A stretch of DNA of 26,582 nucleotides from Octopus sinensis (GCF_006345805.1 NW_021834101.1:1-26582); one strand, 5' to 3'; positions 1 through 11,108 are shown, counted from the stretch's first letter. Translations and numbers: made by a program. Notes: generated by a model from the sequence alone, not told the origin.

Positions 1-194
1 CCCGCAATTGTGTGTGTTGTATGTTGGCTTTGGCATTTCTGTCACCTACGTTTTTATAAGATTGTGTTTAGTCGCCTTAATGTCTGGTTATCTCCATGTG
101 TTTTGTATACCCAAATCTACATATCATCTAGAACATCCTTCAGTATGTATACATGTGCGTGTATGTTTTTGCTGTGCGCGTGTGTGTATAAATA

Positions 195-195
195 C

Positions 196-227
<32 letters not shown>

Positions 228-228
228 A

Positions 229-272
<44 letters not shown>

Positions 273-350
273 ATATACCCAATAATATATATATATTATA
301 CTATATATATAATATACATATTATATATATAATATATATATATATAAATA
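195..350. repeat. Interrupted (TA)n microsatellite
   Basis: Directly visible TA/TAA reiteration; source of the YI-rich ORFs at 8-285. Confidence 0.95.
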
Positions 351-1889
351 TCACGTCTAGCCTCACCTACACATTATCTCACTATGATTATCCTTCTATT
401 ACCTGTCTAACATCTTTATTTGCTTGCCTTGTTCTGAATTTACCATTTTCTTGAACTCTGTAGGAATCCATATTCCATAATTCTTAATTTCACTATTCAT
501 TCTGATTGGAATTGCATCGCAACCGTCTACCGACCACATAGCGTGTTTTGGCTTTTACTTAGGATATTCTCGGCTAAGACACAAAATTTAAGATCTCTTT
601 GTTTACAATTCACTTACTACTTCTACACCCACGCCGAAATATATGCGAACCCTTCATTAAACTCACAATTAAATATTAATTCCTTATTGTTACAATAAAA
701 AATGTCTTTATTTTGGTAACCATATATATCTTATGTACACTCTATAACGTCTGAACCCAGTTGTAGCTAAATGATTTATAACCTTATACATGCATCTTTT
801 ATCACCCACCCACCCCTATACTTAGCATAATATTTCCATCCCACACAAATTGTGCTGAGTACCATGCAAAACTGCTGTAGATAATATTTATCTTATATAT
901 CACCTCAAACTCCGCTGACTATTCTAGCTCTTACTCTTCATGTACACATTGCTTCCTTCACTCCAGACCGTTTAGCATCCCCTCTCCCTTCCCATGATGA
1001 TACTGGCCATTCGGATCGATATATCTTCCTATAACTCTAGAAATTTATGTATATATCCCTTGATATGATTGCTGGTTTCTATCTATCCCCATAGAAGTAT
1101 GACATCATTTTTTTTACCTTTTTTTCCTTTTAATCTTCCTCTATACTCCACAATAGAAATAAACCAAACTAAGATTTTACCTCATTCTTCCTTCTGACGA
1201 TGGAAGACATCGTTGCCATATCGTTGCTAGTAGATTGCTACTATTTGTCTAACTATTGTTTGCTTGCACAAAATGATCCATCTGCACATCTATTCTTGAA
1301 ACATGTGCTAAGAGACTTTCTCCAAACTTTATTACTTCCTTCCTTTTTATAATTTCTACTCATATAACAACTCAGCCATCCTGCTTACAGATATAAAGAT
1401 ATAAATGTCTAAGTCTAATCCGATACCAGTCGATTAACTGTCAATACTGTTAACCTATTATGTTTTGACTTGTGTTTATGTACACACACATATGTTAGTA
1501 TGTCCGTACATGAGCATGCACGCTCAGTGAATAATATTTTACAAATTCTTAGAATACTAGTTGACGCTGTGCCGTCAAAAATAACGGCCGATTGTAGTAT
1601 TTTACATAGAAATAAGGCACAAAATAAGGTAAATAATAATCACGCATACAAAAATTCACATACTTCCCTTATACATGCATACACATTCACACATACTCAC
1701 ACAGATGAAACGCTTATTTTTTCACCCCTTCTTTTTTCCATTGCTATCTCTCACTCTCTCTCTCTCAGTCAGGGTTATTGCTCTCACTACTTCTCCTTCA
1801 CTGAATTACTATTTTCTCTCCTCTCCCTTCATTTATACTACTCTTTCCCCTATTCCGTCCTACTCCTACTCTGTGATTTTGGACAAAAT

Positions 1890-1893
1890 CTCT

Positions 1894-1967
<74 letters not shown>

Positions 1968-2460
1968 CATGTATATATACATATATGTATATATATATAT
2001 ATATACGTACATACATATATGTACATACATATATACATATATATACATATATATACATATATACATATATACATATATATATGTACATACATATATACAT
2101 ATATATACATATATACACATATATACATATATATATATATATGAACATAATATGAACACACATATATATATATATATACATAAATGTATATACACATACA
2201 TATATACACGTGCATATATATACATACATGTATAAACATACATTATATATATACATATATATATTCATATATATACATATATACATACATATACATATAT
2301 ACACATACATATATAATATATACCTACATATATATACATACATATATACTTGCATATATATATATATACATATATATATACATATATACATACATACACA
2401 CACGCACACACATACATACATATATATATATATAATTATATATATATATATATATATATA
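1890..2460. repeat. Compound microsatellite (CT)n-(AT)n-(CA)n-(ATATAC)-like, about 570 bp
   Basis: Directly visible; explains all YI/HI/CV ORFs between 1470 and 2706. Confidence 0.95.
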
Positions 2461-2531
2461 AACATTTAAAGAAAGTACAGTATGTGATACCAAGTCATTC
2501 TTGATTTTGTATGACAGCAGTAAGTTAGCCT

Positions 2532-2610
2532 CATACATACATACATACATACATACATACATACATACATACATACATACATACATACGTACATACATAC
2601 ATACATACAT
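2532..2610. repeat. (ATAC)n tetranucleotide microsatellite
   Basis: Direct reading, one ACGT interruption. Confidence 0.95.
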
Positions 2611-3123
2611 AAACACCTTACATAGCATAAATATATACATACATGCATATATATATATATATATATATATGCATATATATATATGTATGAGCTGTGCTGC
2701 GTGCAAATGTTTATATATGCGTCTGTCCGTACAAGTGTGAGAGTTTCATTTAAGTATTTGTGTATGATTGTTTCGTGTAGAAAATCACAACTCTTAACCA
2801 ACAAAACTACAAAAGCAAATTAGCTTCCAGCCAGATCTTAAGTAAGATTCATAAAAATCAATAACTGAATTAATTGAGGTAAAAGGTGAAAACACATCAA
2901 AACATAAAAAAAAGACCCAACAAACATATAGCACGAACAAAAAAGTTACATGTGTAAAGTGTTTAAGCATTTAAGAATAATTGAAATAATTTGAAAGCTT
3001 AGTTTTTAGAAAAAATAAAATGGCAGCGAGAAGTGAATGTATAAAAGAATATTAATAAATTGAGAATTAGAAGGAAATGAATAGAGAGAAAGGAAATAGA
3101 GGAAAAAAAGGGGAGAAAACGTA

Positions 3124-3134
3124 ATAGATAGATG

Positions 3135-3205
<71 letters not shown>

Positions 3206-3206
3206 G

Positions 3207-3288
<82 letters not shown>
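3124..3288. repeat. (GATA)n array
   Basis: Direct reading, two GATG interruptions; source of the LSIY ORFs. Confidence 0.95.
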
Positions 3289-3535
3289 CTGAAGTGAATG
3301 AAAGAAGAAGAAAAAATGGAGGAGTAATAATGTAAAAGCAATGAAGATATGTATATTTATATACACATATATACATACATACATACATACATACAGATAG
3401 ATAGATAAACAGAAAAAGAGAAAGAGAAAGAAATGTTTTATATTTATACATATATATATATATATAGATAGATATATACACACACACATACACATAGACA
3501 AGAACAGACAGATAGACAGGCAGGCCAGATAGATA

Positions 3536-3542
3536 GACAGAC

Positions 3543-3611
<69 letters not shown>

Positions 3612-3623
3612 TGATAGATAGAT

Positions 3624-3693
<70 letters not shown>

Positions 3694-3790
3694 GGGATAG
3701 ATAGATAGATAATACATACATACATACATACATACATACATACATACATACATACATACATACATACATACATACATGCATACATAGATG
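3536..3790. repeat. (GATA)n array followed by (ATAC)n array
   Basis: Direct reading. Confidence 0.95.
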
Positions 3791-4099
3791 GATAGATAGA
3801 AGGGAAGAAAATTGGGAAAAGAATTAAACGAAAGAATTTGAGGAAAAGGAAGAAAGAGAGACAAAGAAAAATGAAGTTAAAAGAGAAAGAGAGAGAGAGA
3901 GTAAAAGAAAAGCAAAAGAATGATAGAGAAAATAAGTGAAAATGCATGCATTGGAGTTAGACACAATTAAAATAAACTAAAATAAATTTCGTAATGAAAA
4001 ACAAAGAGAAACTGTAAGAAGAAAAGATGGAGAGAGAGAGAGTAAATGAAAGCATACAAGCAAGCAAAGAGGAAGAAGAGAGAAAGAACGAGCGAACGA

Positions 4100-4162
4100 A
4101 TGAGTGAGTGAGTGAATGCGCGAGTGAGTGAGTAAGTGAGTGAGTGAGTGAGTGAGTGAGTG
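4100..4162. repeat. (GAGT)n microsatellite
   Basis: Direct reading; source of the SLTH ORFs. Confidence 0.9.
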
Positions 4163-4969
4163 AACAGCCATAGCTTCCGTCCCTAAAGATTACTGTTAGG
4201 TATTCAATGAGTAATATACGCCACCTAGGTGATAAATGATCAAATGATCGATAAATAGCGGTTGCTATGAATTTAATTAATGCTAACTTCATTTGGTATT
4301 AATTAGCTGTATAGCAAACCGATGAAATGCAACCGCTTCCCTCACCCGCACCGTTCTCTCTCCCCACTTTCCTTCTCTCTCTCTGTCACTCTTTCTTTCT
4401 CTCACCCTCCACCCCTTCGCATTTCCAATCTAAATTTCTGGCGATCTTACAAAGCCGCAAATTCTACAGAGAGTTTCCGATAGATTTTCTCTTACTATTG
4501 TTTATTTCTCTCCCTCCCCCTCTCTTTCTTTCTCTCTCTCTCTTTCTCTTTCTCTTTCAATTTTTCTTCCTTTCTCTCTATCTCCATCACCACCACCACC
4601 ACCATACCTCTGCCATATTTATCATAATCTGTAATATAAATGTAGCCATTTCACGCAAAGTAAACCTAATCAGAATGGACATATTCCATCAAAACTCATA
4701 AACAATTCATTAATATTCCTTAATCAAAGGGATTGATAGACCACACGTTACAAGCTAACATTAGCAACCATAAATTAACTGTTTAATTTACGGCAAAATC
4801 CGAAGTAAATCTCGCTGGCTAATTTGACTTCTGGGGTTCATGACAATTCACCATCTACTCGTTGACGTACTAGAATCAATAACTAACTTTTGTTTTAATC
4901 GTTGTTATTGTTGCTTAACCCTCTGGCAATCTCAGGTATACTATCAAGTGTTTTCCAATCGTGGCCATC

Positions 4970-5340
4970 CCCGAAGGATCTTTGGAGTAACGTTTCACTA
5001 CTGGATTACCTTGCAAGGGAATCAGGGTGTCACTCCAAGTCGAGTTGCTACTTCTCTGCATTGAGAGGTTAAGATCCTCGTACTAGGAACATGTGATGAG
5101 AATGTCTCGGGAAAGAATCACAAGACGGATTCTTGAAGCTGAGCCAACAGGCGGAGGACCTAATGGTAATCCAACAACAAAATGTTCTTGGACTTAGTGT
5201 AGTTGGTCACGCTTGGGAATCCAATTGCAAAGTGTAATAACAGTTGTTTCTGGTAGGACCCTGTGAAGGAGGCTCCTGAGCACTCTACTCCCAAAACCTT
5301 CTAATAAATAGTGGGCAGAAAAAAATGGATGGCTGAATGA
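4970..5340 (+). mobile_element. Decayed 3' fragment of an RTE-clade (Rex3/Expander-like) LINE: ORF C-terminus plus 3' UTR
   Basis: Manual translation. 4972 onward gives RRIFGVT. The frame from 5021 gives IRVSLQVELLLLCIERLRSSY*EHVMRMSRERITRRILEAEPTGGGPNGNPTTKCSWT*CSWSRLGIQLQSVITVVSGRTL*RRLLSTLLPKPSNK* (stop 5309-5311). This matches the RTE C-terminal pattern IERSQLRWxGHxxRMxxxRxxxxxxxxxPTGxRPRGRPRTRW...LGI...W..LL..LPPRP. It is followed by a TGGATGG tail remnant. Three internal stops. Confidence 0.8.
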
Positions 5341-6197
5341 GATTACATTATCAAGTATGTTCTTCGCTTTCGTGAAAATGGTTCTGCATGATTTGAATGT
5401 TATTTAGCTGTTATTTTCCGCAGTTCTTTCGCACTCATAGAAGCTCCCTCAATGGCTGCTGGCACCCTTGCTATTGAATACGAGTAACTTATACTGTTGG
5501 GGATGTCGAACAGACAAGCTGAACACTTCATCATCTTGACTACATTTGTTCTTAGTTTTGTTTTTGTTGTTGTTTAACTCTAGTTCAGAACGGATTGAAC
5601 AAACCCTTGATCATAGACGTGTAGTTGTTGAAGCACCAAATTACATTATTCAAGGCGTTCTTATTTAAGACAGATGCAATTTGGGCGTGATTTGAGTGAA
5701 ATTTCCAGAATTTCACTCCATCCAAACGATGGATCGCGTGAAAGGTATTTCTTTATCTTGGGGTTGTCTGGTGATAAAGTACCCTATACTGGTGTCCTGT
5801 TAATTGTTCCTGACTCTCAGCCCCTCGTAAAAAAGAGGAGAATTGATTCAGCAACGCAGTTTTACATATCACCAATTTGCTACATAATGCTCCTACTGTT
5901 TATTGAAAAGTAAAAACTGTGCGTACTTATATACAGGACCAGCGCTAAGCTCTAAGTAAACTAGCGGAACCCCTAGAGATCTAAACACTGGTTGAGGCAC
6001 GCAGAGTCTGATTACCTTAGACAACATTCTTAACTCTTTGCCAGTCTAAATCCTTTTCGTAAGTTTGTCCTAAGTACCCATGCTTGTTTCCAGCCCTTTA
6101 GTTAACCCTTGTTTCATAAGTTCTAACTAATATAAACCTTCCCTTTCAAGTTATTCTGGTAGTTGAAAGAGAAATTAGGAATGTGTATCATATATCG

Positions 6198-6496
6198 TGG
6201 CACTCTGTCGGTTACGACTACAAGGGTTCCAGTTGATCCGATAAACGGAACAGACAGAAATATTCAGCGTGACACAGTGTATGACAAGGCTGGCCCTTTG
6301 AAATACAGGTACAACAGAAACAGAAAGAAAGATTGATATAAAGTTTTGGTGAAATAGTACGGCAGGGTTCGCCACCACCCTCTACCGGAGCCTGGTGGAG
6401 ATTTAGGTGTTTTCGCTCAATAAACGCTCACAACGCCCGGTCTGGGAATCGAAACAGCGAGTCCGCTGCCCTAATCACTGGGCCATTTCTCCTCCA
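6198..6496 (-). mobile_element. tRNA-derived SINE family A, internally deleted copy
   Basis: The minus strand begins with a tRNA-like head (TGGCCCAGTGATTAGG A-box, GTTTCGATTCCC B-box). It shares the body (AAGGGCCAGCCTTGTCA..CTGTGTCACGCTGAAT; GGATCAACTGGAACCCT) with 9201-9529 and 19842-20158, but lacks about 70 bp present in those copies. Confidence 0.85.
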
Positions 6497-6894
6497 CGTA
6501 TCAAATATGATGTATATATGATGATGCATGGGCGTTAGGGAAATATATCCTGTATATCATATGTCATACACAGGGTAGGATGTATCATTTGTGATACATA
6601 GAATAGGCAAAAGGTTAATTTAATCTAATTAAATGCGTGAGAGCAGGTGATGTCACTCTCGGAAGACAAAAAAAAATAGGGAACAGGGATGAGACGGTGG
6701 GGTAGAGGGAAAGGTGATGCAGTTTTATGGTTTGTCACTTGATTTGATGTGAAACGTTTCAAATTTTAGCAGATAGCAGATTTATTCAGTAATGCACCAC
6801 AAGGCCATAGATATCTTATTTGCTAATTAGATATAACTTTTTGAGTGTATTTTTCAGTTGGTGTAAAATTAGGATGAAAAAGGAAGTTTTAGAA

Positions 6895-7320
6895 AAAGGT
6901 TAATGAAGTGGGCTCACATTGTAGCACTGGAAGAAGGAAGCATACATTGTAAGGTTGGGGAAAGGAGATGTTAGTTGTAGGGCTAGGAGAAGTATATTGT
7001 ATAGCTGGGAGAAGGGGATACATAATTAAGGTTTGGGAGAAAGGGCGCATATTGTAAGTTTGGAAGAAGGAGCTCTCATTGTAGGATTGGGAGAAGGGAA
7101 TAATATATAGACCTGGGAGAAGGGGGCGCACATATTGTATGGTTCAGAGAAAAAGGGCGCACTTTGTAAGGTTGCGAGAAGGGTGTACGTTGAAGGTTTG
7201 GAAGAAGGGAAAACTCATTGTTGGGGTGGGAGAAGGGAACAGTATATAGAGCTGAGAGAAGGGAGTGCACACAATAGGTTTGAGATAAGGGGTGCATATA
7301 CTGAAGGGTTGAGAGGAGTA
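6895..7320. repeat. Degenerate ~27-bp minisatellite (about 16 units, core GGGAGAAGGG..GCACATTGTAAGGTT) with ~135-bp higher-order period
   Basis: GAGAAGG/GAAGAAGG anchors recur every ~25-30 bp; the GAAGAAGG..CATTGT variant recurs at ~6930, ~7062 and ~7201. Confidence 0.85.
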
Positions 7321-7756
7321 TAGATTATATGGTTGCCAATAACCTGGTTTCAAATCTGTTTATATCCAGTACGGATTTACAACTACATAACTTTGGCCAT
7401 AGATTTTGAGCTACGGTGTCTATGGTGAGTGACTTGGAGACAGATTTGATCTGACCACTCGTGCAACGGGAGTTCAACATCCAGCCGACAAACGAATACC
7501 AACATTGTGTTAAATTTAAAGAGGGAAAAATCTAGTTTGACATTTTTATGTTGGATTACTAATTGAATTTTACGTCGATAATAAAAACGAAACACAGATA
7601 CTTCATACTTGATAGTGAAAGTACATAAATTCATATATTTTGATGTCTAATAGAGTATTTTTGTATTGTCTCCACAGGTAATTACCGAACTTCTATATCG
7701 GTGCGTGATGTAAAATTGATGGCGGCTTTTTACGTGTGTGTTTTTATATTTCTTTC

Positions 7757-8016
7757 TTCACACACACACAGACACATACACACACACGCACACACACACA
7801 CACCACTTACACACACACACACACTTGCATACACAGAAAAACACTTACACACACATACACACATAAGCACTCACACACAAATTTACACACACACAAACAT
7901 ACACTTACACACACACATACATTTACACACACAGAGACAAACACACACACACATACACACACACAACACACACACACCACACACACACACACACCACACA
8001 TACAGTGATACACACG
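7757..8016. repeat. Interrupted (CA)n microsatellite
   Basis: Direct reading; source of the HT/CV ORFs. Confidence 0.95.
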
Positions 8017-8907
8017 TGTAACAATGATTATCTGTGGAATTCATCCGCATCATGATAGCGGCCATTAAATGCATTTCTTTCAGTGTTTGTAATTATTTTG
8101 TGAGCTATTAAAACATCAAGCATTTAAATATTATCGATAAATTAGATAACATTGAATTATTTATTTCCTTTTTCCTCCTTTATATTTAGCCTCTTTTTCC
8201 TAATTTCATTGTCATGTGAAATATTGGTTAATTTTCTTTCGATATTTATTTCGCTTTTCTGTTTTATGTTTTTGCCTTTAATTTTTGTTTGTTTGTTTTT
8301 GTTTACAAGATCGAGAAGTCTCCTAAGCGTTGGGGAAATAAGTAAATGGGAAGCGTGATGTGCATGCCTTTCCCAAGGGTAGGTGTGTAGTGTTAATTAA
8401 ATGAAATGGTTTCGATGGTGGAGAATCGAAATTGCTTTGTCGATTCGTCAATGCCCTAAATATAACGCCATCATGCAGGCGAAGAAATATGAGGTATACA
8501 TCTAAATACATACACGCACACATACACACACGCACATGTATTATATTTTACAAAGACAATGTTGATAGTGACTTTGGAGTTTCCGTTTCCTCTGACGACA
8601 GACAGGAAGCCAAAACATCGATTCCACAATCGATATTATATTGTTAAATAATAATACAAATCTACCCTACAAAACGATATTAAGCAATCTTTCAGTTTAA
8701 TAATATTTTTTTTCTACATAACTTGACGCAAACACAAACATTTAAATATACTTACTTACAATGTATGCGTGCAAGTATGTATATATATATATATATAAAT
8801 AATAAGGGTGGAACATTGAATATTAATTAGATTAATATCAATTTAAAATCAGTGGTGTAGCATATTGTAAAATCTGAAGATTCAGAAAAATTATATTACA
8901 CACATAT

Positions 8908-9162
8908 AAGAGGGATGACCACTAAGTGGACATCCATTATGCTAGAAGTAGACTCCCTATGGTCTTACCCCCAAGAAAAGATTGTTCTCAAGAAAATTCA
9001 GCAAACGCCAGAACATAAGCGAGCAAGACAAATGAAAGAGTCAAAATATAAAGATTAATCACAAACTCGGTTTCATTGTTACCGCTTACGTAATTACTTA
9101 CGTAAACGTCCGCAATTCATCACTTCTAGCATAATGAATGTCCACTTAGTGGTCACCCGTCT

Positions 9163-9163
<1 letters not shown>
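8908..9163. mobile_element. Inverted-repeat element (42-bp arms, 172-bp spacer), probable MITE/fold-back remnant
   Basis: 8908-8949 AAGAGGGATGACCACTAAGTGGACATCCATTATGCTAGAAGT versus the reverse complement of 9122-9163 AAGACGGGTGACCACTAAGTGGACATTCATTATGCTAGAAGT: 39/42 match. TA-rich flanks. Confidence 0.7.
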
Positions 9164-9200
<37 letters not shown>

Positions 9201-9529
9201 ACCGTCGGTTGCGATGACGAGGGTTCCAGTTGATCCGATCTACGGAACAGCCTGCTCGTGAAATCAACGTGCATGTGGTTGAGCACCCCATAAACACGTG
9301 TACACTTTGAGTCTACCAAATTTCATCTCAGAATAGTTCTGAGGGAGATTCAGCGTGACACAGTGTGTGACAAGGCTGTTCCTTTGAATTACAGGTACTT
9401 CTCACTTTTGCCAACTGAATGACTGGAGCAACGTCAAATAAAGTGTTTTGCTCAAGAACACAACGCGTATCTGGAAACTGAACTCACGACCTTACGATCC
9501 TGAGGCAAATACCCTAACCACTGAGCCAT
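9201..9529 (-). mobile_element. tRNA-derived SINE family A (second head variant)
   Basis: Minus-strand head TGGCTCAGTGGTTAGGGTA...GTGAGTTCAGTTTCC; body and 3' end colinear with 19842-20158. Confidence 0.85.
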
Positions 9530-9530
9530 A

Positions 9531-10245
9531 AATGTTATCGATCCGAACATGCTTCAGGCAAATTCGAACTGGAGAATAAGCTACTTAATGCGTTTTGTAA
9601 CGGAAAATATATCCCGATTGTTGACAAATGCTGTATATACACCCAGAGCAGCTTGCAGCACCACCTACCAAGACTGTGAGACGCTAGCATTTCGGAGTAG
9701 TTATCTCCTCTTTGGTCGCAGACACCATGTCGGAGGCGCTATGAGCTGATTGAGGAGATTCAATCTCTTATGCTCACCTTAAGTTTATTACAGAGGAGAA
9801 GCGTTAAGCAATGATAAGTAAAATTTTAATGTTATTATCAGTCCAAATATGATTGACGCACGTTCGAACCGGATAACAAGCTTCACGGAAAATATATCCC
9901 GTTTGTTGACAAATAGTGTGTATACACCTAGATCAGCTTGCAGTACCACCTACCAAGACTGAGATGCTAGCATTTCGGAGTAGTTATTCCCTCTTCAGTC
10001 ACAGACACCAGGCTATACGGCGGCTCACTGTAAGTAAATTACAGAGGGGGGGGGGTCCAAGCAGTGATAAGTAAAAATGTAATGGTATTATCGGTCCGAA
10101 TATGCTAGAGGCATATTCGAAGAGGAAATAACTACTCCGAAATACTAGCATCTCACAGTCTGGGTAGGTGGCGCTGCGAGCTGATCTAGGTGTATACACA
10201 TCATTTGTCAACAAACGGGTTATATCTTCTGTGACAAAACGGCGT
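9531..10245. repeat. ~300-bp unit present as two diverged direct copies, plus a third unit whose ~125-bp core is inverted
   Basis: Core CGGAAAATATATCCCG.TTGTTGACAAAT..GT.TATACACC.AGA.CAGCTTGCAG.ACCACCTACCAAGACT..GCTAGCATTTCGGAGTAGTTAT occurs at ~9600-9712 and ~9884-9997, and as a reverse complement at ~10119-10243. The spacer end (AAGCA.TGATAAGTAAAA..TAATG.TATTATC.GTCC.AATATG) recurs at ~9806 and ~10059. Confidence 0.85.
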
Positions 10246-10466
10246 TCGCAAAACTAACTTCAATGATTGAGTCATGAACTCTTCATCCACCTAACAACAA
10301 GAAATTAAGTGTTAGACAGCTCATAGTTTACTTTCTGTTTAGTCTGCAGAAGCTGCTAAATGTACAACTTAGATGGCTGATTGGATAAGGCTTCAGATCG
10401 ACCTACTACGAGGTCTGACGTTCGTGATCTGCCGAAGGGGTAGTAATTTTTTTTTTAAATTCATTC

Positions 10467-10535
10467 AGAGGCGTAGCTGAGTGTTAAGAAGTTCTCTTCC
10501 CAGCCGCATTGTTCTGTGTTCAGTCCCACTGCATC
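10467..10535 (+). mobile_element. SINE family B head fragment (old)
   Basis: GGCGTAGCTGAGTGTTAAGAAG..CTTCCCAGCCGCAT...GTTCAGTCCCACTGC is similar to the head at 15951. Confidence 0.6.
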
Positions 10536-10730
10536 TTAAAATTTTGATTGCATCCTTTCCCGAAAAAGAGAGATGGGGATTCCATTTCAGAGAGAATAAG
10601 TGAAAAAAGGGGGGAAGTGGGAGAGAGGCAGAGACTATTTTCAGTAGTTCCTTTATTTCTTTCGAAAAACTGTCTGCAAGCAATAATAAATCTCTGAACG
10701 AGATTTAAACAGTAACTGCACGACAATGTA

Positions 10731-11108
10731 AGGTATACTAGCCATCTCAATATGGCTAACCACTAAGGGTGGGTGTTACTGTAGCTTGTAGCCCCAGGAG
10801 ATCATCGTCTCCAGCTGGCTATAGGCACACTTTCTGTGCCCTTATGGTATTTGCAAAGGGAGGTCATCCCTCTCTCCCCTTCATCGAAAACCGGCGATTG
10901 CCGTACGCCGAAGACAGGCAAATACCTAGAAACTGCAGTCCGTGCGTATCACTTAGGTTGACGAAAGAGGGATGACCTCCCTTTGCAAATACCATAAGAG
11001 CACAGAAAATGTGCCTAAAGCCAGCTGGAGACGATGATCTCTTGGGGCTACAAGCTACAGTAACACCCACCCTTTGTGGTTAGCCATATTGAGATGGCTA
11101 GTATACCT
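10731..11108. mobile_element. 378-bp MITE with 143-bp terminal inverted repeats and TA target-site duplication (Tc1/mariner-type inferred)
   Basis: Arms 10731-10873 and 10966-11108 match at 138/143 by manual alignment. TA at 10729-10730 and 11109-11110. The 92-bp spacer is relatively GC-rich and non-coding. The mirror ORFs 10769+/10864- are a by-product. Confidence 0.85.

Noticed and set aside
8-3947. Long ORFs rich in YI, HT, CV, LSIY, MYVC (up to 302 aa)
   Set aside because: They are translations of stop-poor microsatellites, open in several frames on both strands at once; no protein signal.
4200-4330. Cluster of TAAT/TGAT motifs suggesting a homeodomain enhancer
   Set aside because: Such motifs are expected by chance in AT-rich DNA; unsupported without conservation or chromatin data.
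6895-7320. Repeat-spacer appearance suggesting a CRISPR array
   Set aside because: The inter-anchor segments are homologous to each other, the anchors are degenerate, there are no cas genes, and the context is eukaryotic.
8310-8380. Exon candidate (acceptor TTTTTGTTTACAAG, donor GTAGGT)
   Set aside because: All three frames hit stops before the donor; no recognisable peptide.
10769-11070. Two near-identical 68-aa ORFs on opposite strands
   Set aside because: Mirror products of the MITE terminal inverted repeats; GTG starts; no transposase motif.
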